Assembly: GCA_977017645.1 (NCBI GenBank)
Contig: OZ360240.1
Span: forward strand, 34,224,001-34,288,000
Length of the DNA stretch: 64,000 bases
From: Torpedo marmorata
Lineage: Eukaryota
Reading direction: 5' to 3'
The first letter of the stretch is position 1, and every line of letters begins with the position of its first letter. Below the pieces are notes generated by a model. The model searched no databases. It saw nothing but the letters and a program-made list of their open reading frames with translations, and was not told the DNA's origin. This document shows, in pieces, positions 50,552-61,435 of the stretch. Made by a program: the position numbers and the translations under genes.

Positions 50552-51513
50552 CTGTATTTGACGGCATAAAAGACCGCCCCCCCCCCCCACTATTTTTAGA
50601 GTGAGATTTCAGGAAAATTTGTTTTAGTGTATTTACCTTCACACCAGCAACATGTCCTCCTACCTGCCGCATGCCGAGGCTCAGGCTGCTTCCCCCCCAC
50701 CGTCCAAACGCTAATTGATTAACAGGTGTGACGGGACCTGTGGGCGCGCGAGGGTGCGAGGGAGAGAAGCCAGGACAACGGGCAGGGCCCAGGCCCACTG
50801 TCACGGGGAGCAGACAATTGATCGCTTGCTTTGCTTTGAGGGGAGCGCTGGGCCTCAGTGATCAGGCTCCACGCTGAGCCTTTGTTCGACGTGCATGGCC
50901 CCCCCGAACAGATTGAATGAGGCGTGGGGGCGGGTGGCAGTGAGCGAGCGGCCTGTTGAACTGAGCTTGACAGGCCGCTCGCTCACTGCCACCCGCCCCC
51001 GCGTCTCATTCAATTTGCTCGAGGCTCGTTGAACAAAGCCTGATCATCGAGGCCCAGCGCTCCCCTCAAAGTACTGTTGGTGAGAGCAAACAAGCGGGTG
51101 AGGGTGGGGAGAGCGGGCAGGCGAGGGCGGGGAGTGAGCGGGCGAGGGCGGGGAGCGAGCGGGCGAGGAGAGCGAGCGAGCAGGGAGAGCCGGTGGGCAG
51201 GGAGAGCGAACGGACGAGGAGAAAGCGGGCGAGAGCGAGCGAGTGGGCAGGGAGAGCGAACGGGAGGCAGAGCGCGGGCGGGAAGGAGGCAGAGAGCAAG
51301 CCTTCTTACCGGGGGAAGTGAGCGGCGGCGACTCCGGAAAGCACGGGCCACCCAAGGGAAGGTGGTCCACGAAGCTGCGGGCCCGCTTCCTGGACTCCAC
51401 TTGGTGCCCAAAATGGCGGCACCAAAATGTCACCTTCACATATACGTCCTGGGGTGGTTTTTGAGGCGATTTTTTTGGGAAAAAAGGGGGTTCTTATATG
51501 CCGTCAAATACGG
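50552..51513. mobile_element. 962-bp CpG-rich Tc1/mariner-pogo (Tc2-like) non-autonomous element
   Basis: 22-bp TIR C(T/C)GTATTTGACGGCATA(A/T)AAGA, TA flanks; internal inverted repeat 50834-51071 and GAGC/GGGC array at about 51095-51300. Confidence 0.9.
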
Positions 51514-53872
51514 TAAATGTCTTAGTCATTCTTGAAAGAACAAACTTCATAATCTGGCATTGAGTTGTCCACGGCTGCCTACAAGTGAAATGTAACTCAT
51601 CACTGTCATGAGATCAATCGAACGTGCACGGCAGTTGTCTTTTTGGGGCAATGAAGAACCAAGATTTTGCTTTGTGTAGAAGTCAAAAGAGGATATCTGA
51701 TTTAACTGTGACAAGGTGCAGCAGGCCAACCATATCTCTCAGTCATAGCGCAATGCCGACATCAGCTGAGGTCAATAAACATTGCTTATGATCAGCCTGG
51801 CAAGAACTTCATAGGAAAAGTTTAATTGATTGCTGTCAGTTAGAGACAGCAGATGAATCCTGGGGAGATCAAAAGTACCTGCTCTGAGGCAAAAATTCCA
51901 TTAGTGCCTCTTGTTTCAGGAACTAGATGTCATTTAAAAAAAAATCACTCATGTTGATAAGAACAAAAAATCAGTGCAGGAAAGCTTTGTGTTTGTCCTC
52001 TCAGTGAGTTCAGTTGCAGAAGCTTTTCCTAACGTTGAATAACCAGTCCTTAATAAAACTGCTCAGAACTGTGCAGGGAATGAGCTCTGTCCAAGGACCT
52101 TTGATGGATGTTGGAAGTGATATTATCATGTTGCAGGAAAAGAAACTCGCTGTAAATAGGTTGAGGGAGAAATGCTGAGAAATCATCTTAGATTGCAATT
52201 CTCTCTGGCTCTCTGAGTAGGACAATAGTGTTCACATGATTACATATTGAAGCCATTCCATATTAGCACCCCAGGGCTGCTTAGAATCATGGAAATGAGG
52301 AGATAAAAGTTCACAGCACTGTTCTGATTTTCTGATAATGTTGTAGTGGATGGGGCAGAACAAGGCACAGATGGAGTACTGTGAATAAATATGGTGAATA
52401 CCTTAAAGCTCTGGTAATAAAGTACAAATGATTTGCCTTCTGTTGCTGTTATTTCTGTGCTAAAATCACATCTTCTCTTCTTTTTCGCATCAGTTTTGAC
52501 CACAATTCCCCTCCTTGAGGACTCTGGGAGTATGTCTCCAAGTGCAGTAGTCATCATACGATACCTCACCTTATCAACTATTATTCAATGTGCATCTTGA
52601 CAATGAGTGCTCAGCAGGCTATTAATCAGCAGGTTGAATTAAACATTCAGCTCTGTCCTCACACAGAGGCTCTGCTCTAAGATCAGTTTTTCTCTTTTTC
52701 GGTCACTGGTACTGAGTCCAAAAGTAACACACATCAGCTAATTCACCCCATTAAATCTAAACCTCTTTTTCTCCACATGTTTTATCCTTTCTTTTGATGA
52801 AACATAATTGGGAATAAGCATCTTTGCTCTGTGAGAAAGCAACCTCTGCTACACAGGCCTCTGTGAGCCATCAGCTTGACGTGGAAATAAAACAGCAATG
52901 TGGATGCTTAATTAAAAATCAGAGAAGAGATTAACCAGAATGAAAAGTAAACTGTCACAAATAGCCTTCCATTGTTGACAGTTTAACTGCCAGGAACTTG
53001 CATCAAGTCTTCCAACGTTTTTTGCTTGAAAAACAAATAAGATAGTGGGATATTTCTGGTTTGAATTTTCCTGTGATATTTTTTGAAGACTGAAAGGTCC
53101 ACCTTCCTTTTTTTTTTTTAATTGCTTCAATTTTCACCCCACTTATCAACTCGATAACAGTAGGATTTACCATTGAAGAGTCATTGAGCTTTTCCAACTG
53201 GCCTTTCGAGAGGCACAGCAGAAAATGTTTCCTCATGTCTCAAGTCACCGGACAAACGATGCAAGGACCATTTCTGATTTAATGGGCTGAGTTAGTTGAT
53301 CTTGGTACAGTTATCAGATTTGGCTTCAACTCCTCTGACTGGTGGTCTGTTCCCTTGAAAACTAGTTTCTCAAATACAGAATGAACTCTGTTCATGGCAT
53401 TACATTGCAAGATTGAATAATTTCTTTGTTTTAGTACTTCAGAGTAGGAATCAGGTAATTTATTCAGATATATTTATTTTTGGAGTTCTCTTGGTTGTTC
53501 GATTTGCATCATCTTTCATCTTGTCTGAGTGTTTTAACAAAGATTTATTTTTTGCACCACAAACTCTACAATACCAATCTTCCAAAGCCATCTCCAAATA
53601 CATCGTTCTCCATTCCACCTTCACCCTTTCTAGATTCCACCATTCACACTGACACCAAACTATTGACCAACAACATCACTGCAAAGCTCAATGTAATGTT
53701 GATCTCTTCCAATGGCCTGTTCCCATCTCTTTTTCTTTTGTGGATGGGAGGACCTTTCTATGCTTTAGAATTTTTCTCCTGTCTTCTCCCTTTGATGTCT
53801 CTCAGGACCTCTCCCTTTCTAGTTTTATGCCTTCTATTGATCTTTCCAATGATAATTTCACCATTATAAATA

Positions 53873-54061
53873 CAGTAAACCCCTGGTATCCGGCACCTAT
53901 GGGATTTGGTAGATGCAGGATAAGTGAATTTCCCGGTTGCTTGAGATTGCGTGTTACGTGATTGGCGAACTAACGATGAAGTGCACCAATTTTAAACTTC
54001 CGTATTTTTTACCTATTTATTTTACGCGATTTTTTTGCCGGTTGCTTGAGGGGTTTTACTG
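53873..54061. mobile_element. 189-bp short derivative of the Tigger-like family at 35126, opposite orientation
   Basis: cagtaaacccctggtatccggcacctatggga.. matches the reverse complement of 35824-35898; TA flanks. Confidence 0.9.
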
Positions 54062-54339
54062 TAATGGAGAATTGGTCTTTTATAGTTGACAACGCACTAG
54101 CGTCAAAGAAAGCAGAACGGTTTCAAGACAGGAATATGGTTAGTGTATCAACACAAGGATCAACATTGCAGCAAATCGCTCTTCATAGATGCATGTCAGC
54201 CAGTTAAGTACCTCTAACAAAGAGTGCAGTGAACATGAGCGTAACAAGTGGATGTATTAAAGACTTTAGGCCATCGGAAATGTTCATGGGTTATAGCAGT
54301 CAGCAAATAGCACTATCAATACTTACATTAATTGACCAG

Positions 54340-55430
54340 ACTGGACAGTCTCCTCTACATCGGAGAGACTGGGCGCGGACTGGGAGATCGCTTTGTTGAG
54401 CTCCGGTTTCTGTTAAACCCCACCCCCATCTTTTCCCCCTGTCTCCTTTCCTCTAGTTCTGACTCTCTATCTCTCCCCTTTTCCCTCTGTCTCCTTTCAC
54501 GGAGCCAAAATGAATTCTCACCTTTCCTCTTATCATATCCAATTAACACCTTTTGTCTGTTGGTCTGAACTCCTCCCCCTCCTATTCTTCCCCCTTTCTC
54601 TCCCCAGGTTTTATTCAGGTGCCTGCCTGCTTTTACTTATATCTTGAAGAAGAGTTCAGGCTTAGATGTAAGAATGAAGTAGGTTCTTTTGTTCATTCTA
54701 CATGGTTATGCCCAAAGATTTTCAAGATTTTTTGGTTGAAAGTTAAGAATTTTTTAGATAGAGTTTTTAATGTTATGTTTCCAATGGATCCTATGTTATT
54801 TTTATTTGGAGATATTAGAAAATTTAGTATTAGGAATAGATTGAATATGTATCAGGTAGAATTTTTGCAAATTGTTTTAGCTGTCTCAAAAAAATGTATT
54901 GCTATTACTTGGAAATCAGATTTAGATTTAAGTTTAGATAGGTGGCATGCAGAACTTCGTTCATGTATTCCTTTGGAAAAGATTACTTATAATTTACGCA
55001 ATAAATATCATTCTTTTTTAAAAATTTGGAGCCCATATATGAGAGTTATGGGTTTAAGGATTTGAAATCTCTAGAAATCAGGTCTATTGGCGAGTTTAAC
55101 CTCCAGAATAAAATTAGTTTTTACATGGTTCTCTCCTCGCTATTAATCTTTTTTTTTCTTTTTCTTCTTTTTTTTTAAACTATTTTTAGAATAGTGGGGT
55201 TTGGGGGGGTGGTTAGGGAAGGGTGGGAGGGTGCGGGGGGAGGAAATTTATATCACTTGTATTTTGGAAACTATATATTTTGATTTATGTATTGTGTGAT
55301 TTAAAAATTTAAAATAATAAAAAAAAAATAAAAAAAAGGGTTCAGGCCCGAAATGTCGGTAATATATCGTTACCTCCGATGAACGCTGCGAGACAGGCTG
55401 AGTTCCTCCAACATTTCTGTGTATTTTGAC
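54340..55430 (+). mobile_element. Internally deleted PLE (GIY-YIG core plus terminus) interrupted by an L1
   Basis: LLYIGETGRGLGDRFVE at about 54350-54400; terminus ttgaagaag..cccgaaatgtcggtaatatatc split at 54661. Confidence 0.85.
54662..55335 (+). mobile_element. L1 3' fragment with poly(A)
   Basis: RC..GSFVHSTWLC..KKCIAITWKS..WSPY; TSD AAG(A/G)GTTCAGGC at 54650-54661 and 55336-55347. Confidence 0.9.
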
Positions 55431-56559
55431 AGGACAGATGTGTTATGCATTGGTGCTTCGAAATCATTCTTAGACATGCATGCCTAGAAGTAAGTTTTTT
55501 TTGGTGGAAAAGCCATTACTGCACTTTGCACAATGTCCATTTGGATCCCCGCAGAAAACTGTGGCGTTAAGTTGTTTACACCTAAACTGGGAGCTGTACG
55601 GTACTTAATGGGACCAATGTCCATTGAACATAACTCTATCAATTTGCTTTAAAACATCAGATGAGGCAGATTCTCCATGAAAATCAATGGCAGCAACACA
55701 GAGGTTGGGGCACTGTATAAAAGTCAAGAAGACATGTTGCAAATCAGCCTAGTGTTGCCAATTTCATAGACCTATGTACTTGCATCTCAAGATCCCTATG
55801 TACCTCAATTCTCTCGGGGTACTGCCATTTACTGTAACAGACTTCTACATTTGACCTCCCAAAGTGCAACACCTCACACTTGTCCCCATTAACTAATTCA
55901 TAAATATTTCAGGATCCAGGATCCCTACAATGGTATTAAAGATTACAATGGGCTTATTCATGAAAACCCAATCTACTAAAATCTTTGATCTATCCCATAT
56001 GCATTGACGAAGCATTTGGAAGAAGAGTTAGATAAATTCTAATGAAATGGAATTCTAGTGAAGACAAGCCAGAGTGAGTATCACCAACTGTAGTAGTACC
56101 AATGGCAAATAAAATGTTTGATGTTATGGTGATTACTGGCAGTTGCTTATGAAACTTTCTCATTATTATCTGCCACAAATTTGGCAGGAGCCAATGTTTA
56201 TACCAAACTTGTTAAGTCAAATACTCTGATGAACATGGATAAGGAGAGTCAGCAGTAAATGACTATTAATACACAAGGGCCTGTGGTTGCACACAAAATT
56301 ACCATATAGAATGGTCATCTTGAAAGACCTTCAAGCGATATGACTAAGACAATGCAAGGTGTAGATCATTGTCTATGCAATCAAGAAATGTACTAATAGC
56401 CACAGGTACTGAAGAAGACAATCTTCCAACATTTCAAACATGATATAAAATTAAAAAGTAATGGAATATCTGTACAGAAAGAACTTTCAATTTAATATTC
56501 ATTTTTATGATCTGGATGTCACCAGCAAGGCCAGCATTTACTGCTCGTTCCTAATTACA

Positions 56560-56820
56560 CCTGTCCACATTAATCTCGCTGAAGCCGAAAGAGCAAATAG
56601 CTTCAAGTTCTTTGGAATAAGTATCTCCAACAACCTGTCTTGAGTTAAACACAATGAAGTGACAGTCAAGAAAGCGCACCATTGCCTCTACTTTCTTGGA
56701 AGACTAAGGAAGTTCGGTATGTCCACTTTGTCCCTTAACAACTTCTACACGTGCCCCATTGAAAGCATACTTGCTAGATGCATCACAGTGTGGTATGGGA
56801 GCTGCTCAGCTCAAGATTGG
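56560..56820 (+). mobile_element. Rex/Babar ORF2 C-terminal fragment
   Basis: SFKFFGISISNNLS*..KKAHHCLYFLGRLRKFGMS..IESILARCITVWYGSC. Confidence 0.85.
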
Positions 56821-56889
56821 AATGCTCTCCTTGTCTCATTGCATGCATCCTGAGACTGCTTCATTTGCTCAGGAGTTGCAAATAGAAAT

Positions 56890-57010
56890 CAACATTGTGT
56901 AACTTTTGTCCAGATCCTCATTTACAATTGTATGATGGAAGGAAGATCACTAACGAAGCAGCTGAAGATAGTTGGATCCAGGACACTGCTTTGAGAAACT
57001 TCTGCTGATT
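56890..57010 (-). mobile_element. CR1-group LINE RT fragment
   Basis: AEVSQSSVLDPTIFSCFVSDLPSII, a decayed GVPQGSVLGP motif. Confidence 0.6.
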
Positions 57011-57249
57011 CCTGAGTTTCCTTTGAGCTAACAGTAGATGTTAGTAGATCAAAACCAGTCAAGAAAATATAAGAGCAACCACAAAGGCAAAGAAACATAC
57101 ACATTTTCAAAATTGCACAACCAGGTCATTAAATATATTTTTGCAGTGTAAGGGATTGATAACCATCATATTCACAGATATTCATTTGAAATGGATCATG
57201 GTGAAATATGTTAGACCCTGCAATTCGGCAGAATTTAGATCCATTCTCT

Positions 57250-57800
57250 CATCTCATGGCCTACCAGAAGTTAATCTTGGATGATGGTACCTAGTTCTAC
57301 TCATTTATATTTGAGTGCTTTATGGATCAAAGTTTTATGAAGTACACACTTAATTTTACTGTATCAACCAGTGGCAAATGATGCAATGGGGAGATCAGTG
57401 AGAATTGGGAAAAAAGTACTGAAGAAACAAGTATTTTACAGCATTTGTGTACAATTATGAGACATTGATCAGCAAACTTCTTAATAAACTACAGAACAAC
57501 AGCACATTCCACAGCAGATTATACTCCTGCTGTGATACTAATGCATAAAAGACTCAGAATACAATTGAGCTTAGTTCTGCCAAATCTTAAGGGGAAAATA
57601 GAAAAGAAGCAATTGAGCCAAAAACAAAGTTATGACTCAATGTACAGTCAGAGACATGTTGAACAACATGATAGAATTCTTGCATTAAAACCACTAAATA
57701 TTCTAACATTTGGAAAATAAATATTATAAGGTACAGGGAGACATCTTGTGAAAACAGCAGGTAGAATTAGAAGTATACATAAATCACTGCTGAAGATATG
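57250..57800 (+). mobile_element. Degraded Gypsy integrase remnant
   Basis: HGLPEV..DDGT*F; YQPVAND..RSVR; NFLINYRTTAHST..TPAVILMHKRLRIQLSLVLPNL. Confidence 0.7.
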
Positions 57801-58837
57801 CAATAGATCACGAGTATACACCAGAAATTGATCCGGGATGAGGCTGAGGAAGAAACAATACAAGATTTGAGGGAAAAGAGGAAGACATTGCAATGTCTGT
57901 GTACGTGTTATGTTTGTATGACAAATGTCGATTTGACCCATTAAAAAGAGTGGAATTAACAAGATAAAAATAGAATTAACAAGATGCATGTTTTAGAAGT
58001 TCTCCATTCGTCAAAGTGATTCATTATATTCCTGGCACTACCTGCAGTTAGAATAAGAATTTGTACATAAATTCCAGGAATTTTTTCAATCTCCCCTCCA
58101 GAATATTTTCTATAATGCTGATAACTGTTCATTCTGCATCTTGCTCTTTCTCCGAACTTGAGAAATTTATTGCTTATGCTTCCATCTTCTATTCACTCCT
58201 CACTTCCAACAATGACTCCTCTCTTCCTTTTGTCATTCCTCTCTCTAACTATGTTTCTGTAGATACTATTATAAACCAAATGACAACCACTATCTAAAGT
58301 ATGTTTCCATTTTGTTTCCAACTATCTTCTCCATTAAATCTACTCAGATGACTTATCTCCTGCACTGGAGTCTCTGAATTCACCTTTATTTTCTTCTCCA
58401 ATATTGCCTATCTCATTTCTCAAATCTCTGGCCTGACCCCAGCTGTCTCATTTACTGCAGAACTCTAGAAATTCCACCTCACCGGCCCCTGCAGTTTCGG
58501 CCTTCACTGGACCAACTTATGACATCACTGCTACCCATGAGATAAATACGCACCAAGAACATATTGCTTTCTGTAGCGACTCTTTGCCTCTTACTTCTTT
58601 CACTCTAGTTTTTAAATATAGAGGAAATAAAACCTATCCGTTTAGTACCACTCAAATCCCTAAATATTTCTTTGTGAGAAATTGCTAGTGCAAATCATGC
58701 ACTTCTTCTAATTCAGTATGTTACACTTACTCAGAGTGTGGACTCTGGTATCATTAGGGGGAAACCAAATACAGTTTAGTGACTAATTGTTGAATATCTC
58801 CATTTTATCTGTAAATATGATCAGCTCGTCTTTTTTT

Positions 58838-59085
58838 ACATTTTAAAATGTAGACATACAGCACGGTAACAGGCCCTTCCAGCCCATGAACTCGTGCCGC
58901 CCAAATACCCCAATTAACCTACAACCCCCATACGCTTTGAAGGGTGGGAGGAAACTGGAGCACCCAGAGGAAACCTATGTAGACACAGGGAGAATGTACT
59001 AACTCCTTACAGACAGCGCCAGATACAAACCTGGCTCGCTGGTGCTGTAATAGCATTGCGCTAACCACTATGCCAACCGTGCCGT
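58838..59085 (-). mobile_element. V-SINE (HE1-like)
   Basis: Same family as 21832-22070. Confidence 0.9.
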
Positions 59086-59924
59086 TCCTGTCTTATCAGT
59101 TTCCTATTGGGTGTTTCAACTCCCCATCTGGCTACTCCATCATGGACTGCATATCCTGTTCCAACTGAACTCACTTCATGCCCAAAGAATTTCTGTCTTC
59201 ATTTTTTCAGGATCTGAGCATCACTATAATGTCAGCATTTATTGCCCATACCCATTGCACGTGCCAAACTGCAGCCCTTCCGGTGGGCATTCCCACAATG
59301 CTCATGGGTAGGCGGTTTCAGGATTTAGATTCAGCACCAATGAAGGATTTGGAACATATTACCCAGTTAGAAATCTGTGCAAGTTGGAGGACAACTTGCA
59401 GCTCATGGTATTCCCATGCATCTGCTGCTCTTGTCCTTCTTCATGGCAGAGGTAGATGCTGTTACATTACATTCGTTAAGTAATCACAGTGCATTTTGTT
59501 GATGGTATACATTACAGTCCTGGTGCATCAGTGATAGAGAGAATGAATGTTAAAAGTGGTAGATGGTGTATAAGTCCTTTGTCCTGGAAGGTGGTGAGTT
59601 TCTAGAGTGTTAGCTGATTGACAAACTGGTTTGCAGGTGCAGCAGGTTATCAAGAAGGCAAATGGAATGTTGGCCATCATTGCTAGAGGGATTGAATTTA
59701 GGAGCAGGGAGGTTATACTGCAACTGTACAAGGAACTGGTGAGGCCGCATTTGGAATAGTGCATACAGTTCTGGTCTCTTTACTTGAGGAAGGATGTGTT
59801 GGCTTTGGAGGAGTTGCACAGGAGGTTCACCAGGTTGATTCCAAAGATGAGGGGGGTTAGCCTATGAGGAGAGATTGAGTCGCCTGGGATTGTACTCGCC
59901 AGAAATTAGAAGAATGAGAGGGGA

Positions 59925-60304
59925 CAGGGTCGGCGCCAGAACGAGTCTTAGCGGGGGGCACAGTCTAACGCTCGAAAACTTGCTCAGCGGGGAGGGGGAG
60001 CTGGTGGTAGTGCCTACCTGCTGAACATTAACGTCCTCCGACGTAGCCGACGAAAGCTCTGCTTATATTACGTGGTCGTGTAGAGCCTCTAGCGTAACTA
60101 GCGTGAGTCAAGCGTCGCTAGCTGCTAGTGACGCTTGACACACGCTAGTGACGCGGGCGGGGGTGGGTCTGACCGTAGTTAGAGGGTGCGAATGGGTCTG
60201 ACAGTGGTCTAGGGAGCGATGGCCACGAGCGTGTGGGGGGTCACAACACCTTGTTTGGGGGGGGGCAATGCCCGCGAATGCCCCCCCCCTTGGCGCCGAC
60301 CCTG
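59925..60304. mobile_element. 380-bp hAT-type MITE
   Basis: Perfect 14-bp TIR CAGGGTCGGCGCCA and perfect 8-bp TSD AGAGGGGA (59917-59924, 60305-60312); removal restores CR1 RMRGDL. Confidence 0.95.
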
Positions 60305-60509
60305 AGAGGGGATCTCCTAAAAATGTATAAAATTATGAAAGGCATAGATAAGACAGAGGTTGGTAAGTTGTTTCCATTGGTGGGGGAGACCAGAACTAGA
60401 GGACATATCCTCAAGATTTCAGGGTAGTAGATTTAGGATGGAAATGAGGAGGAACTGCTTTTCCCAGAGTGTGGTGAATATGTGGAATTTGCTGCCCATT
60501 GAAGCAGTG

Positions 60510-61315
60510 ACGAAGGGAACCAAAATGGCGCCGCTGTAGTGGCAGCGCTGCCGCTGGTGCAGACCCGCGGGGAGCAAGGGAGCGGAAATGCAGCGCTCCC
60601 GCGGGGTCCAGTCGACTGCCGTCGGCAACGCACGGGCTTTGAACGGCCAGTGGAGGGAGCAGACGGTGGTTTTATTTGAGATCCCACGGCCACGGGTCTG
60701 AGCCCAAGATGGCAGCGCCTATTAATCGGCAGCAGCCACGAGGGGCTGCAGACTCCGGGGAAGCAGAGGACTGGAGCAGGGCACCAGAGGACGGAAAGAT
60801 CACCCGTCTGAGAAGGAGAAGCAGAGGAGACGACCCACGGGACGGTGACCACGGCGGCGGACCAGTGAGGGACTTTGAGGCTGAAGGACGAGTGCATGCG
60901 GCGGGCTGCTGGCGACTCGAGGCGAGTAACCCTCGGAGGCTGTGGGCTGCTGGAGACTGGCTCGAACTGGCTGGAGGAGTACCAGGTATCAGAACCGGGA
61001 TGTGAGGGGGTGCCGAGGGCGCCGAAGGGTTCCTGACCGTGTCGGAGGTTCAGATCTGGAGTTCGGGTTGCTGATCGTTTGGACTGGACTCAGTGTGGCT
61101 GCAGAGGCTGCGGAAGCGCTGGAGGCGAATCTACGGACACTCGGTGACTCTGGGGGGGACTTTCTTTTGCTGCTCTTTCTCTGACTGTAAGGAATGTTAG
61201 AGGCGCTTAGGCAATTTCTGCTGGTGGCGAATCTGTCTGCCTTGCAGCAGGCAAAAAGAAATTTCATGTAATATGACACTGTTTTATTACTATGACAATA
61301 AATTGAATCTTGAAT
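60510..61315 (+). mobile_element. Repeat A copy 4, longest and probably full-length (~805 bp)
   Basis: Starts ..CAAAATGGCGCCG, ends GACAATAAATTGAATCTTGAAT; flanked on both sides by colinear CR1 sequence. Confidence 0.9.
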
Positions 61316-61360
61316 ATATTTAAGACAAGGTTGTATAGATTTTTACATAGTAGGGGAATT

Positions 61361-61435
61361 AAGGTAAAGGTAAAGGTTCCATTATTGTCACGTAATTTCT
61401 ACATTTAGAATGTAACATACATGAAATTCTTTAAT
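61361..61435 (-). mobile_element. 3' tail fragment of another Rex-type element with (CCTTTA)n tail
   Basis: Reverse complement aaagaatttcatgtatgttacattc..gtgacaataatggaacctttacctttacctt interrupts the CR1. Confidence 0.65.

Noticed and set aside
50938-50988. CAGTGAGCGAGCG / CGCTCGCTCACTG matching the AAV ITR Rep-binding element
   Set aside because: Only 13 nt; polarity relative to the hairpin centre is opposite to AAV; no T-shaped arms and no rep/cap remnant nearby. Likely coincidence.
51010-51535. Arg/Gly- and Pro/Leu-rich ORFs
   Set aside because: Translations of the low-complexity GAGC/GGGC array inside a TIR-bounded element.
52240-52569. 109-aa minus-strand ORF with a possible donor site
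   Set aside because: No recognisable domain, weak splice signals and no partner exons.
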